IMG/VR virus record: IMGVR_UViG_3300027969_000060
Coordinates: 44,992 to 108,991 of that record
Source: a virus
Length of the DNA stretch: 64,000 bases
Direction: 5' to 3' (one strand)
Shown here: one piece after another, positions 11,101-19,975 of the stretch
Numbering within the stretch: position 1 is the stretch's first letter
Layout: each line of letters opens with the position of its first letter
Made by a program: the position numbers and the translations under genes
Notes under the pieces: model-generated
Seen by the model: only the letters and a program-made list of their open reading frames with translations
Databases searched by the model: none
What the model was told of the DNA's origin: nothing

Positions 11101-13134
11101 ACCTGTACCGTCAAACGCAATACTACTGCCGCCAAACTTGCTTTGTGTTGCGCTGACTGCGGCGTTGCCGTTGACTGTAATTGTCTTAGGTAGTCTTGAT
11201 ATAGTTGACGGAAAAGCAAAGTCTGGTTGGGTTGCTATACTAGCATAATCGCCTGTGCCGTCTAGTGCCAAACTTGCCGTGCCAAATTTCTTAACTGCTG
11301 TGGAAAGTTTAGCGTTGCCTTGAGCGTATACTGTTTTTCCTGCACGGTCTGTAATTGTTTCAAATCCTAGTTGTCTGCCAGTAAGATTTACATAATTCCC
11401 GTCAATACTTGAAATAACACCGCTAGCTAACAGTGTTGAGCCGTTAGTATCATAGTAACTTACAGTATTTCCTACTGCCCAAGTACCCACTCTTGTATTA
11501 ATTCTTAAGTGTGTTTTACCTTGTTGTGCAAAACCATAATTATTTGATGATGCATACATACCGCGAGTTGCAAAGTATGTAAACGAGTTTAACCACTCAA
11601 CTCGAACGCCGTTAGTTGCGGTGATAGTATCAACACCCGGAGTAATAAACGTTGCGTTATGAAACAGCATACTTGCTTCTTTGCTTAGTACATTTGCGTA
11701 TGCCCCGTCAATATATGCGCCTTTACCTGCGTTACCTGCGTTAAATCCCAATGGGTCACTTAGGCTAGTTACTGAACCTTTTGTAATAACCGATACGTTT
11801 CGAATATATGGACTACGACTACTTACAGTTAATCCGCTAGCAAAACGGAAAGCGTATCCGTTATCTGGAAATACTCGTGTGCTACCATTACAACTAAATG
11901 TTAAGTTTGATAAGAAGATAGTACCGGTAGCTGTGCCGCCAGCATGAGTAACAGTTGTTATTCCTGTTAAGTAATTATAAGTTGCTGTAATAACAGCATA
12001 GTCAGTGCCGTTAACGTTAACTGTGCCGCCACTAGTATAAGTATGTGCAAACGGTGATGTTCCAGCATTAAATGTTACGGATCCGCTAGATGCACTAGTA
12101 ACTGTAAAATAATTTCCGTTGCTAAAGAAATCAGCAACAGTTAAATCTTCAATTGTAGTTTCGCCGTTTAATACAAATGCATCATTGTATTGAGTTGCAA
12201 CCGTTGGGACAATTTTAACTGCTCGAATACCAGCGCCTCGAACAGATATACCTACATTAACTATTAGAGGAAATTCTTCAGTATAAATTCCTGGATAGAT
12301 GTAAACTACATCACCGGAAGAAGCTAATGATAAAGCATGTTTAATTGTGAGTACAGGGTTATTTTCATGTAGTCCTGCATTGCTATCATTTCCTGCCTCT
12401 GCAACATAAATGATATTTCCTTGAGGTAATGCTAAATCAATACCATTAACAGTAATGCTATTTGAATTAAAATTAGTTGCTTGTATGTCGTGTATGTAGG
12501 CTGTTTTCCATGCTTGGGTAACACTACCTAAATCCCATTTAGGATCACCAATTGCATGACTTCCCGGGACTCCGGGATCACCAGCTTGCCATACTTCTGG
12601 AATTACATTACTATTAATATCTGCATTAAAAATAACGTTGTCGTTATTAGCACTTCCAATAGTAATATCGCCATCGGCTGTAATATTTCCAGTAGCGTGT
12701 AAATTTCCGTTAACAAGCATATCGCTGTTAACATTAACTTGTCCGGTACCTGAAGTATTAAATTCTAAGTCAGCGTCAGCATCAGTAGTTGATATTGCGT
12801 TAGTAGTAACTTGTAAATTGTCATTAACAAGTAATTTACCTTGATAAACTACTGGATTAGAACCACTAGGTTCTAAATTAATTGTTCCGTTAGAACTAGC
12901 AATTGTATCGCCGCTAATTGTAAATGTAGCAATGTCTGCTTGATTGTCTACTATTAAATTTGTAGTACGAGTTGTTCCGTTAACTTCTAGGTCGTGCCCG
13001 GGTGTTGCAGTATTAATACCAATACGGCCATTAACAACATCTAGATAAAGTAAGTTCGTCTCAAAAGCAAGATTCACACCTTCTCGAAGAAGGTTTGCCT
13101 TTAAGAGCGGACCCGTAATGCGACCAACAGCCAT
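8182..13134 (-). CDS. Tail/fibre-like virion protein with beta-helix region and two LamG/concanavalin-A-like domains
   Basis: 1650 aa. DFTIEGW, WxHVA, GYIDD LamG motifs occur twice. N-terminus MAVGRITGPLLKANL is shared with 13290..16493. GAGGAG RBS. Confidence 0.8.
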   Translation of the reverse strand: MAVGRITGPLLKANLLREGVNLAFETNLLYLDVVNGRIGINTATPGHDLEVNGTTRTTNLIVDNQADIATFTISGDTIASSNGTINLEPSGSNPVVYQGKLLVNDNLQVTTNAISTTDADADLEFNTSGTGQVNVNSDMLVNGNLHATGNITADGDITIGSANNDNVIFNADINSNVIPEVWQAGDPGVPGSHAIGDPKWDLGSVTQAWKTAYIHDIQATNFNSNSITVNGIDLALPQGNIIYVAEAGNDSNAGLHENNPVLTIKHALSLASSGDVVYIYPGIYTEEFPLIVNVGISVRGAGIRAVKIVPTVATQYNDAFVLNGETTIEDLTVADFFSNGNYFTVTSASSGSVTFNAGTSPFAHTYTSGGTVNVNGTDYAVITATYNYLTGITTVTHAGGTATGTIFLSNLTFSCNGSTRVFPDNGYAFRFASGLTVSSRSPYIRNVSVITKGSVTSLSDPLGFNAGNAGKGAYIDGAYANVLSKEASMLFHNATFITPGVDTITATNGVRVEWLNSFTYFATRGMYASSNNYGFAQQGKTHLRINTRVGTWAVGNTVSYYDTNGSTLLASGVISSIDGNYVNLTGRQLGFETITDRAGKTVYAQGNAKLSTAVKKFGTASLALDGTGDYASIATQPDFAFPSTISRLPKTITVNGNAAVSATQSKFGGSSIAFDGTGDYLSLATDTDYGFGTGDFTIEGWFYKTAVSTQYLFDTRTTLTENSVVVQSNGSGSLRLFVNGAFVLTSSNAHTNNAWNHVAISRASGVTRFFINGVVSTATYTDTTNYGTTKPLVVGAQYNGTTAFNGYIDDFRVSNTARYTATFTPTTTAFVDDFNTKLLVNGNSTIVDDASYGTATDFTIEGWIYPTAAGTYRTLFDFRSAAIEKSIYLAINTSNQLYLYVNGVITITTAATVSLSTWTHVALVRRNASTKIYLNGTQSGSSWADITDYGTTKPLRIGADYSGAYGFTGYIDDVKISKGVARYTTTFTAPTTALTGDLGTVLLLHFNGNNNSTTILDDGITFQDLRTSAGGTATLIDFADYSDFGAEIRSIASASVYGNYGVYGDGPGVIAYLISQNFAYIGAGKLSTNDPNDRIAANEVVELNDAKIYYTSVDNEGNFKVGDNFYINQKTGEVLFNNQNLTVTSLTGVTFTDGTHTTTITSTDITTGNIRIHDNNIDSTTGQIDVTAANGVINLQNNTFVTGNLDVTGDITIGGNITIGDQSTDTINFVASIDSSLIPSLTAFYDLGTSLLRWNTAFLSRAEIDGVIIDSNQISTSIGNDDLTLTAAGAGRIYIPSNNVQIDQNLTVTQNLTVTSGTTYLKNTTVTGNITQTGNINQTGNFVTSGNTQVTGNITGSTYLQLSQIRLENNVISTTVTDLDLELRANGIGNVVLEGIKFSDNNIQSIVTDSNITLVPQGTGGVIINSNQSIQVPVGTTAQQPGTPSNGMIRYNSDLTRYEGYNNGYWVKLGGLQDVDGNTKIIAEATPGANDNTLYFYADGNLTATIDSTKLFTQRFQTVNLDLYSNTITPVLADSNLNLTTTGTGGVRLGNLKIFNNTITNIVSGAITEFSETGTGYVRIAGSNGVVIPSGDVLNDRPAVPEIGMIRFNTYDNLVEVFNGVTWSSVAGASGGVTSLEATEIGIASALIFG

Positions 13135-13265
13135 GAGCTCTCCTCGTACCCCGTGTTACACGGTTAACCACCTTTGAGCTTGCGCTCGCATCCTAAATTT
13201 TACTTAGGCTCTTTGCGGGTTTACCACAGTCGAATATCGTAAAAACTTGGTCAGTTCTTACAGTA
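13135..13265 (-). promoter_or_regulatory. Structured 5' leader (candidate cis-regulatory RNA)
   Basis: At least 4 hairpins between the late promoter and the RBS, including GAGC-GCAA-GCUC and CCGUG-UAA-CACGG. Confidence 0.5.
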
Positions 13266-13269
13266 ATAG

Positions 13270-13277
13270 TATTTATC
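13270..13277 (-). promoter_or_regulatory. Late promoter (GATAAATA)
   Basis: Intergenic match to NATAAATA. Confidence 0.65.
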
Positions 13278-13289
13278 GGATTGGGCTTT

Positions 13290-16200
13290 TTAGCCTAGGA
13301 CAAGGCCCCATAAGTCCATAATATCAAGGACTTCGGAGAGAGGTGCGGCCCCTAAAGTACCAACGGCTGGGATCCAATTAGTACCGTCAAAAACTTCCAT
13401 ATAGTTTATTTGGCTGTTATATCTAACTTCGCCAAGAGCTGGAGTTAGTCTGCGTTGACTAGTATCACCATATGGAAATACTACTCCGGCGGTTCCTGTA
13501 AACTTTACATACCCTGTGCCTGTACTTTGAAGTGTTACTGCTCCTGCGGCAGTATTTGTAATACTGTCGTCTTTAAATAATAACCCGTTAACATTTATAG
13601 AGCCTGTACCTGTAGGTTGAAATACTGTATCAGAATTTGTAACAGGGTTGTTAATAGTATTTCCAGATAGTATAAAATTACCAACTTGCAGTACAGCATC
13701 TGACATCATAGTTGATGTAATAGTTGCTTTAAGAGCGTTATTAACAACAAATCTTAATGTGTTATCATTAGTGCCGATGGTTAATTCTGGAGTAATATAT
13801 GTATTTTTATCAGTGCTGTAGACGTTTACAAAACTTTCAGTTCCGGTAGACAAATAACCTTCGTATGCTTGAGTTGTGCTATTTTGTCTAATTTCGCCAG
13901 GTGCAGAAAGTACCTTTGTTGAGTCATTACTATAGGGTATTTTTAAATATTTTGTTGAGTTAACTACTACATTGCCTGTTCCATTAGGAGTAAAATATAT
14001 ACTTTTTTGACTGTTTGTAGTTGCACCAGTCCAGTTATTTGTAATAACATTATCTTTAATCTTTAACTTTTGGTCAACAATAATGCTACCGTTGTTATTA
14101 GCTACAACTTCTAAATCAGTTGCAGGCGCTATTGTAGTAATAATATTATTTTGTATTTTAATGCTAGGAACTTGGAAATATGATCCTGCTCCTAAAATAT
14201 TAATATCAGCATTACCAAACAATCCAGTAATATAAGTATCGCCAGTTTGTCCAATATCGCCAGTAAGTGTTAGTGTTTTTGGAGATAATATTGTTCCAAT
14301 TTCTACATATTGTAGACTGGTTGTACCGTTAACAGTTGCCGTTGTTCCGCCTACTGTTAAACTTTGATCTGCTTGTACATCTGTAGATGTTACTTTAACT
14401 GTACCTGTGCCCGCGGCAACAAATCTTAAATCTGTTCCGCTAGTTAACGTAGAAATTGTATTGTTAGTTACTTGTGTAACACCGTCAATGTCTAGTGTAG
14501 TTAAAAAAGCAGTGCGCCATATTCTAGGATCAATAAGATCGTTATTGCCTAATGAGTATGTTCTATCAAGTTTAGGATTGATATTTTGTGTTAGTTTTGG
14601 AAATACAGTAACTAAATCGTATTTTGTATCACCTAAGTATACATTGCCGTCAACATACGTATTGCCGGTTACTCCAATGTTTCCAGTTACAAATACGTTT
14701 GTGTTAAGATTAGTTGTACCGTTAGCGGCAAAAAAGTTTACTGGGCCTATTAACGACTGAATTTCATTATCGTGAATCCTGATATTTCCAGTTTGTATCT
14801 TTGTTGCATCAATAATAGTTTGGCCGTTAGGGCTATCAAACGTAATATTTCCGCCAGCTGTAAAACTAATTGACTGTGCATTAAATGTTACATTACCAGT
14901 TTGTTGGTCAACATAAAATACATCACCGACTCGAAAATTACCCTTATGGTCCATGCTGTCATAGTACAGCTGGCCGCCATTAATTGCTATGATTTCATTG
15001 GCTTGTAAGGTTAACTGATCGTCATTTTGACTGTCAGTGCCCGACCCAATATAACCAAAGTTATGTCCAATTAAGTATCCTAACGTGTCTGCGCCATCAG
15101 CTCTTGCGCCATATGTACCATATACGTTAGCTGATCCAATACTGCGCATCTCTGCGCCAAATTTTAATCCTAAACTAGCAAAACCCAGTGTACCTTGTGT
15201 TAAATTTATACCTATGTTGGCAAAGTATGTAAACGAGTTTAACCACTCGACCCGGGCACCGTTTGTTGCTGTTATGCCGTCGGCACCTGGAACAATAAAG
15301 GTCACGGCACTGAATAACATAGTTGCGGTGTTTGATGATGGGTCTGCTACACTGCCGTCTACTAATGCGCCTCTTCCTGCGTTAGGCGCCGTGTTAATAA
15401 CTGTTATGTTTAGAACATAGGGACTACGAGTAGTAGTTGTAAATCCTTGTGCTAATCTAAATCCGTAACCGGTATCATTAACGCTATCGTACTTAACTCC
15501 ACTAACTGCTAGATTGCTAACAGTTGTTTCTCCATTAAGCAAAAATGCATCTTTATCACTAGTTCCAACGGTTGGACTAATGGTAACTGCTCTAATGCCA
15601 GCACCACTTACACTAACACCTTGTGGTATAGTTAGCGGAAATTCTTCAACATACGTACCTGGAAATATTACAATGTTATCTCCGGCAACGGCTTGACTTA
15701 GAGCATATTTTATTGTTCTATAAGTTGCGTGTAAATGGTCTCCGTAATAAAGATCGTCACCATTAATGCTAACATAGATAGTATTACCTTGTGTCAACAA
15801 CATATCAATGTTGTTAACGGTCAACGTGTCTAAGGTTGTAGTATCAACTTCAATTGTATCAACGTATAACTTTTTCCACTGCTGACTAAGTTTACCTAAA
15901 TCCCAAAAGTTATCATCGTTGGGTATAAAATCACTGTTAATGTCGGCTTCAAATACTACATTGTCAGTGTTACTATCACCAATTGTAATAGTACCGTCCC
16001 AGGTAATGTTACCTGTTGCGTGTAAGTTACCATTGACATTTACCCTGTCGGTATTAAAAACTACTCGGCCAGTGCCATCGGCAGTTAATTCGATATGTGT
16101 ATCAACACTACGAGTAGTAATTGCACGATCAAACAGGGTTAACTGACTAGTACGTACTTCGTTAGCAGTTATTGTTGGGTTGCTGAGTTGGTCAGGTACA

Positions 16201-16493
16201 ATGTAAATCCTGCCAAGATCGTTTTGAATTTTGTAAGATACAAATCTTACATTGTCAAATTCGGCTTGAGTATCAACAAATAGTTCAGCATCACCGTTAA
16301 TGTACGGATTTGTACTGGTACGAGTAGTACCTACTACCTCTAATCGTTGAGAAGGACCTGCGGTGTTAACGCCAATACGGCCGTTACTAACATCAAGATA
16401 GAGTAGATCAGTTTCAAATGCAAGATCTGCGCCTTGGCGAAGTAAGTTCTTCGCCAACAGCGGGCCGCTAATTCTACCTAATTCTGCTCCCAT
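13290..16493 (-). CDS. Tail/fibre-like virion protein, paralog of 8182..13134 lacking the LamG insert
   Basis: 1067 aa. Collinear blocks shared with the 1650-aa protein (GNLHATGNIT, FxLNGETT, RSPY, GxRVEWLNSFTYFA, FGAExRSI). Confidence 0.8.
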   Translation of the reverse strand: MGAELGRISGPLLAKNLLRQGADLAFETDLLYLDVSNGRIGVNTAGPSQRLEVVGTTRTSTNPYINGDAELFVDTQAEFDNVRFVSYKIQNDLGRIYIVPDQLSNPTITANEVRTSQLTLFDRAITTRSVDTHIELTADGTGRVVFNTDRVNVNGNLHATGNITWDGTITIGDSNTDNVVFEADINSDFIPNDDNFWDLGKLSQQWKKLYVDTIEVDTTTLDTLTVNNIDMLLTQGNTIYVSINGDDLYYGDHLHATYRTIKYALSQAVAGDNIVIFPGTYVEEFPLTIPQGVSVSGAGIRAVTISPTVGTSDKDAFLLNGETTVSNLAVSGVKYDSVNDTGYGFRLAQGFTTTTRSPYVLNITVINTAPNAGRGALVDGSVADPSSNTATMLFSAVTFIVPGADGITATNGARVEWLNSFTYFANIGINLTQGTLGFASLGLKFGAEMRSIGSANVYGTYGARADGADTLGYLIGHNFGYIGSGTDSQNDDQLTLQANEIIAINGGQLYYDSMDHKGNFRVGDVFYVDQQTGNVTFNAQSISFTAGGNITFDSPNGQTIIDATKIQTGNIRIHDNEIQSLIGPVNFFAANGTTNLNTNVFVTGNIGVTGNTYVDGNVYLGDTKYDLVTVFPKLTQNINPKLDRTYSLGNNDLIDPRIWRTAFLTTLDIDGVTQVTNNTISTLTSGTDLRFVAAGTGTVKVTSTDVQADQSLTVGGTTATVNGTTSLQYVEIGTILSPKTLTLTGDIGQTGDTYITGLFGNADINILGAGSYFQVPSIKIQNNIITTIAPATDLEVVANNNGSIIVDQKLKIKDNVITNNWTGATTNSQKSIYFTPNGTGNVVVNSTKYLKIPYSNDSTKVLSAPGEIRQNSTTQAYEGYLSTGTESFVNVYSTDKNTYITPELTIGTNDNTLRFVVNNALKATITSTMMSDAVLQVGNFILSGNTINNPVTNSDTVFQPTGTGSINVNGLLFKDDSITNTAAGAVTLQSTGTGYVKFTGTAGVVFPYGDTSQRRLTPALGEVRYNSQINYMEVFDGTNWIPAVGTLGAAPLSEVLDIMDLWGLVLG

Positions 16494-16510
16494 AATTTAC
16501 CCCTATAGTG

Positions 16511-16518
16511 TATTTATG
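16511..16518 (-). promoter_or_regulatory. Late promoter (CATAAATA) inside an RBS-sequestering hairpin
   Basis: CCCC..GGGG stem at 16500-16521 encloses the promoter and pairs the GGGG RBS. Confidence 0.6.
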
Positions 16519-16526
16519 GGGAAATA

Positions 16527-17285
16527 TTATTTGTCAAAGCCTATCAATACAGTTATAGGTTTACCAATCATACTTAGATATTCTGGGTCTGATGTGAAAT
16601 TTAAATAATAACCAGTTGGCGCTGTAAATGTTATAGCATGTCCAGTAAGAATATTTCCACCAGTCACAGGATTGTTTAGTGTAACAGTAGTTCCGTTAGT
16701 TACAGTTGCAGTTGTATTTGGAAGCAAATACGGAGATCCAGTTACAGTTGACCCGTTAGGAATAGCCGCTGTACTTGTAAATGTTAAAGTGGTTGCGCCA
16801 GCATTTGAATCTGCGGTAGTAACTAGCCCTGCTGTTGGATTTTGATCTACAACATAGTTAGTGTTATAAATTTGAAATACGTTTTCAATAAACACTAAAA
16901 TATTTTGGCCGCCAAACTGTCCAGCACCCTGCCCACCTGTAGGCGGCACATTGCTTGATATGTTTGTTGGATCGTACATTGAATTTAACGGTCCATAAAA
17001 GTAACTATATCCATCTAACTGCCCTAGACTCTGCTGGATAATTTTGCTTGCTTCTTTAAATTTTATTGCTCGCCAAGTTGCCGAGCTTCCTTGATAAACT
17101 TCAACTTCGTCTGTGCCGGTATTGTATCTTATATTTCCAGAAATAGGTGAAGTAATAGTGCCAGTGCTTTTTGGCAATGTCATTACTGTGCTGTCTGCTA
17201 GTGTAAAATTGTTACTAGTGTCTAGCGCCACACGACTATCGTAAATTGCTCTACGGTTAAGTGTTAACGTTTTTAAAAATCTCAT
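16527..17285 (-). CDS. Putative virion structural protein
   Basis: 252 aa. G-x-IRYN...EVY motif like those in the neighbouring fibre proteins. Confidence 0.65.
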   Translation of the reverse strand: MRFLKTLTLNRRAIYDSRVALDTSNNFTLADSTVMTLPKSTGTITSPISGNIRYNTGTDEVEVYQGSSATWRAIKFKEASKIIQQSLGQLDGYSYFYGPLNSMYDPTNISSNVPPTGGQGAGQFGGQNILVFIENVFQIYNTNYVVDQNPTAGLVTTADSNAGATTLTFTSTAAIPNGSTVTGSPYLLPNTTATVTNGTTVTLNNPVTGGNILTGHAITFTAPTGYYLNFTSDPEYLSMIGKPITVLIGFDK

Positions 17286-17289
17286 TGTT

Positions 17290-17610
17290 TTATACCGCCA
17301 ATGTACTTACTGTTGCTGTTAACCCACTTGCTGAACAAATGGCTCTAACCTCATCTCCGGTTGCCAATACTAATTTTTCTTGGTCAAAACTAACAGTATC
17401 GCCCGCTGGAACTATCAGCGCATTAACAATCATATTTGATGAACTTGCAGTTGTTCCTGGACTTGGGACAGCGTATAATGTTAAAGTTCTATCAGCTACA
17501 CCTGTATTACAAACAATGATAGTAGTAACAGCTCGAGCGCCGGTACCTGAATCTAATTTGTCTGAGCTGCCTGCTGATGTTGCTGTAATTACTTTGTTAT
17601 AAATTGCCAT
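17290..17610 (-). CDS. Small virion structural protein
   Basis: 106 aa with AAGGA RBS; resembles 7846..8175. Confidence 0.65.
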   Translation of the reverse strand: MAIYNKVITATSAGSSDKLDSGTGARAVTTIIVCNTGVADRTLTLYAVPSPGTTASSSNMIVNALIVPAGDTVSFDQEKLVLATGDEVRAICSASGLTATVSTLAV

Positions 17611-17619
17611 GTTCTTTCC

Positions 17620-18645
17620 TTAAAATAGTATACTAAACAATAGTGCTCTATTCTTAGCTACTAGTTCGTCTGAGTTTCCGTAATTGGTAAAATATATACC
17701 TGTTTTACCTGGTGCTGGTGTTGTATCTGAATCTTTTGTATAAATTTTTGTTGAACCATATATTGCAGTCGGGCTTAACCCTTTATCGTCTAGTTGTAAT
17801 ACTGCATCAACTTCGAGAGTATCGGTAAGCGCACTTAGAATTAAATTATTTCCTATACTAACATTAGTGATAGTATCTTCAAATATGTTTATATTACTGA
17901 CAGTTACACCAGTAGCTGTTACAGAGGCTATTAAAGTGTGTGCAATTTCAAAATCAATGTGATTTCCGTATGCCCTAATTGATGATGTGGCCGCTGTAAT
18001 ACTACCACTAATAGGATAATAAAGTCGGTCAACGGTAGCAATACCGCCAGATGCCGCCACATAATCGTTAACATATTGTTTATTAGGTATATCGTTTGGA
18101 TCAATTATACGATCTTCGTAATTGCTTAGACCAACTGTAGAGTTAACAATTCTTAACTTAGTAAGACTGTTACCCATATCAAATACCATATCGTAAGAAT
18201 CTGGGGGGCTAATACTAGCTAGTCGGAGGCCGCTTAGGGCAGTATCAGTTGTTTGTAGTACAAAAGTTCCGTCTACCTGATCATTTAAAATTGGATCATA
18301 GTGGCTAATATTTTCGTCAAATAATAATTCAGCATCATATATTGTGCCAGAAGAGTGTGTGCGCTGTCCTCGATCAATCCTAATACCAGAGGTGCTACCG
18401 TTTAAGGTAACACCTACGTTTGGTTCGCCATTATTAAGGATAATGATGTTGTCAGCAATACTAGCGTTAGTTGATTCAATAGTAGTAGTAGTTCCTAAAA
18501 CGTCAAGATTACCGGTGATAACTACAGTACCACGAGGATTATACGGATCATCTAAATCAGCCGTACCAACATCTAGCCAGATTTTCCCCCCGGACTTTAC
18601 CTGTAATCTATAATTACTATCACTAACTTTTAGTATTCTTGACAT
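17620..18645 (-). CDS. Putative virion structural/fibre-associated protein
   Basis: 341 aa. ITGNLDVLGTTTT..DNIIILN..GIRIDRG motif typical of phage fibre modules. Confidence 0.65.
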   Translation of the reverse strand: MSRILKVSDSNYRLQVKSGGKIWLDVGTADLDDPYNPRGTVVITGNLDVLGTTTTIESTNASIADNIIILNNGEPNVGVTLNGSTSGIRIDRGQRTHSSGTIYDAELLFDENISHYDPILNDQVDGTFVLQTTDTALSGLRLASISPPDSYDMVFDMGNSLTKLRIVNSTVGLSNYEDRIIDPNDIPNKQYVNDYVAASGGIATVDRLYYPISGSITAATSSIRAYGNHIDFEIAHTLIASVTATGVTVSNINIFEDTITNVSIGNNLILSALTDTLEVDAVLQLDDKGLSPTAIYGSTKIYTKDSDTTPAPGKTGIYFTNYGNSDELVAKNRALLFSILF

Positions 18646-18660
18646 TTATTATCCTTAAGT

Positions 18661-18678
18661 TGGGGACCTAAGTCCCCA
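18661..18678 (-). terminator. GC-rich hairpin after the 397-aa gene (weak terminator or mRNA-stabilising stem)
   Basis: TGGGGAC-TTAG-GTCCCCA, with no clear U-tract. Confidence 0.45.
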
Positions 18679-18685
18679 TGCCTAA

Positions 18686-19879
18686 TTAAGCGTTTTCAAT
18701 CTGTACACGGTTACCAGATGCGGCTGCAAATGACCACTGAGCTGTTGTGCCATTGGCCACCAACCAGGTTGATTCATTATTTGTCCACTGTGTTAACAAT
18801 GCTTTGTGCGCTGTTAGTTTAGTTACAAAATATGTGTTGCCATTGGCGTCAGTTGCTTTGATATAAGCTTCAAACGTTGCTGGAGTATCGTCGGCTACTA
18901 ATTTACAAACTGCTGTACCGTCAGTTGTTTTAACTTTGTAACGACGACCTGAAGTTTGTTTAATAATATCACCAACACGAACTGTAGCTTCAGCATCAAT
19001 TTTAGCACGGATGATAATTGCATTTTCTTGATTAGTTGCTGAACCAACGTTGCCGCTGTCAGTTGTTAGAACTGCTGTAGCAACTGCGCCAGTGCCGCCA
19101 CTGAATGTTACTTGAGCGTCTACTGGACTAGTATAACCAGAACCTTTTTCTGTTACTGTAACACTTAGTAGACCCATTGTAATATCAGCTTTAGCACCTG
19201 TACCAGTTGCTGGGCTAATTGATGTTAGTGTACCTGCGGCACCTGTGCTTGGAAATGCTGTGTATGAACCAGCCACTGTTACTGTACCAAAAGAGTAAAC
19301 ACCCCATGTTAAGTTAAACGTGGCGCCGCTGCCGTCTGCGTCAATACCTGTGCCTTGAGCGGTTGTACCGCTGACCGGATTCGCTGGAACAGCGGCGTCT
19401 CTACGACCGTTTTGAGTAACTGTAAATGTTAAAATAGCGCCAGAACCGTCAACTGAGTCAACAGTAATGATTAACGACAATGGCCAACCTGCACCTTGCA
19501 TTGTAATAGTGTTGCCAGCTTCATAATCAACACCGCCGGCAACTTTAGCTACGGTTACTGTGACAACTGACGCAACTGGAGCACGAGCTTTAGTTGTTTG
19601 TGTACCTGTGTATACTTCTAAGATATTGCCTACGTCATATCCTGTGCCGTTCGCTGTTGTGGCAAACGATAATGCTTTATATCGTGTAGTACCTGTAACT
19701 TGAACACCGCCTGGAATATCCGGTGCGGCAAGTGTAACTGTTGGCGCCGTAGTCCAACCTGATCCTGCGTTAGATACTGTGTAACTTGCTACACCTTCGC
19801 CGCCAATCTTATTGTCTGATGTGCCTGTGGTACCGATGTTGCGGTTACCAAAATATTTTTTATTCAAACTACGAGCCAT
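18686..19879 (-). CDS. Thr/Gly-rich virion structural protein (possible head decoration/appendage)
   Basis: 397 aa with strong AAGGAG RBS and its own late promoter; GSGY/W beta-strand repeats. Confidence 0.6.
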   Translation of the reverse strand: MARSLNKKYFGNRNIGTTGTSDNKIGGEGVASYTVSNAGSGWTTAPTVTLAAPDIPGGVQVTGTTRYKALSFATTANGTGYDVGNILEVYTGTQTTKARAPVASVVTVTVAKVAGGVDYEAGNTITMQGAGWPLSLIITVDSVDGSGAILTFTVTQNGRRDAAVPANPVSGTTAQGTGIDADGSGATFNLTWGVYSFGTVTVAGSYTAFPSTGAAGTLTSISPATGTGAKADITMGLLSVTVTEKGSGYTSPVDAQVTFSGGTGAVATAVLTTDSGNVGSATNQENAIIIRAKIDAEATVRVGDIIKQTSGRRYKVKTTDGTAVCKLVADDTPATFEAYIKATDANGNTYFVTKLTAHKALLTQWTNNESTWLVANGTTAQWSFAAASGNRVQIENA

Positions 19880-19901
19880 TTTATTTTCTCCTTAAGAAAT
19901 C

Positions 19902-19958
19902 ACGGCGTTCTAGGCCGTACGCGGTTGCTGTTCCGCATAAAACTTACCCTGTGTAAGT
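19902..19958 (-). promoter_or_regulatory. Three-hairpin 5' leader
   Basis: Stems ACUUAC/GUAAGU, GCGG/CCGC and ACGGC/GCCGU lie in tandem before the RBS. Confidence 0.45.
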
Positions 19959-19967
19959 CATACAATG

Positions 19968-19975
19968 TATTTATG
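19968..19975 (-). promoter_or_regulatory. Late promoter (CATAAATA)
   Basis: NATAAATA match just after the stop of the oxygenase gene. Confidence 0.65.
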
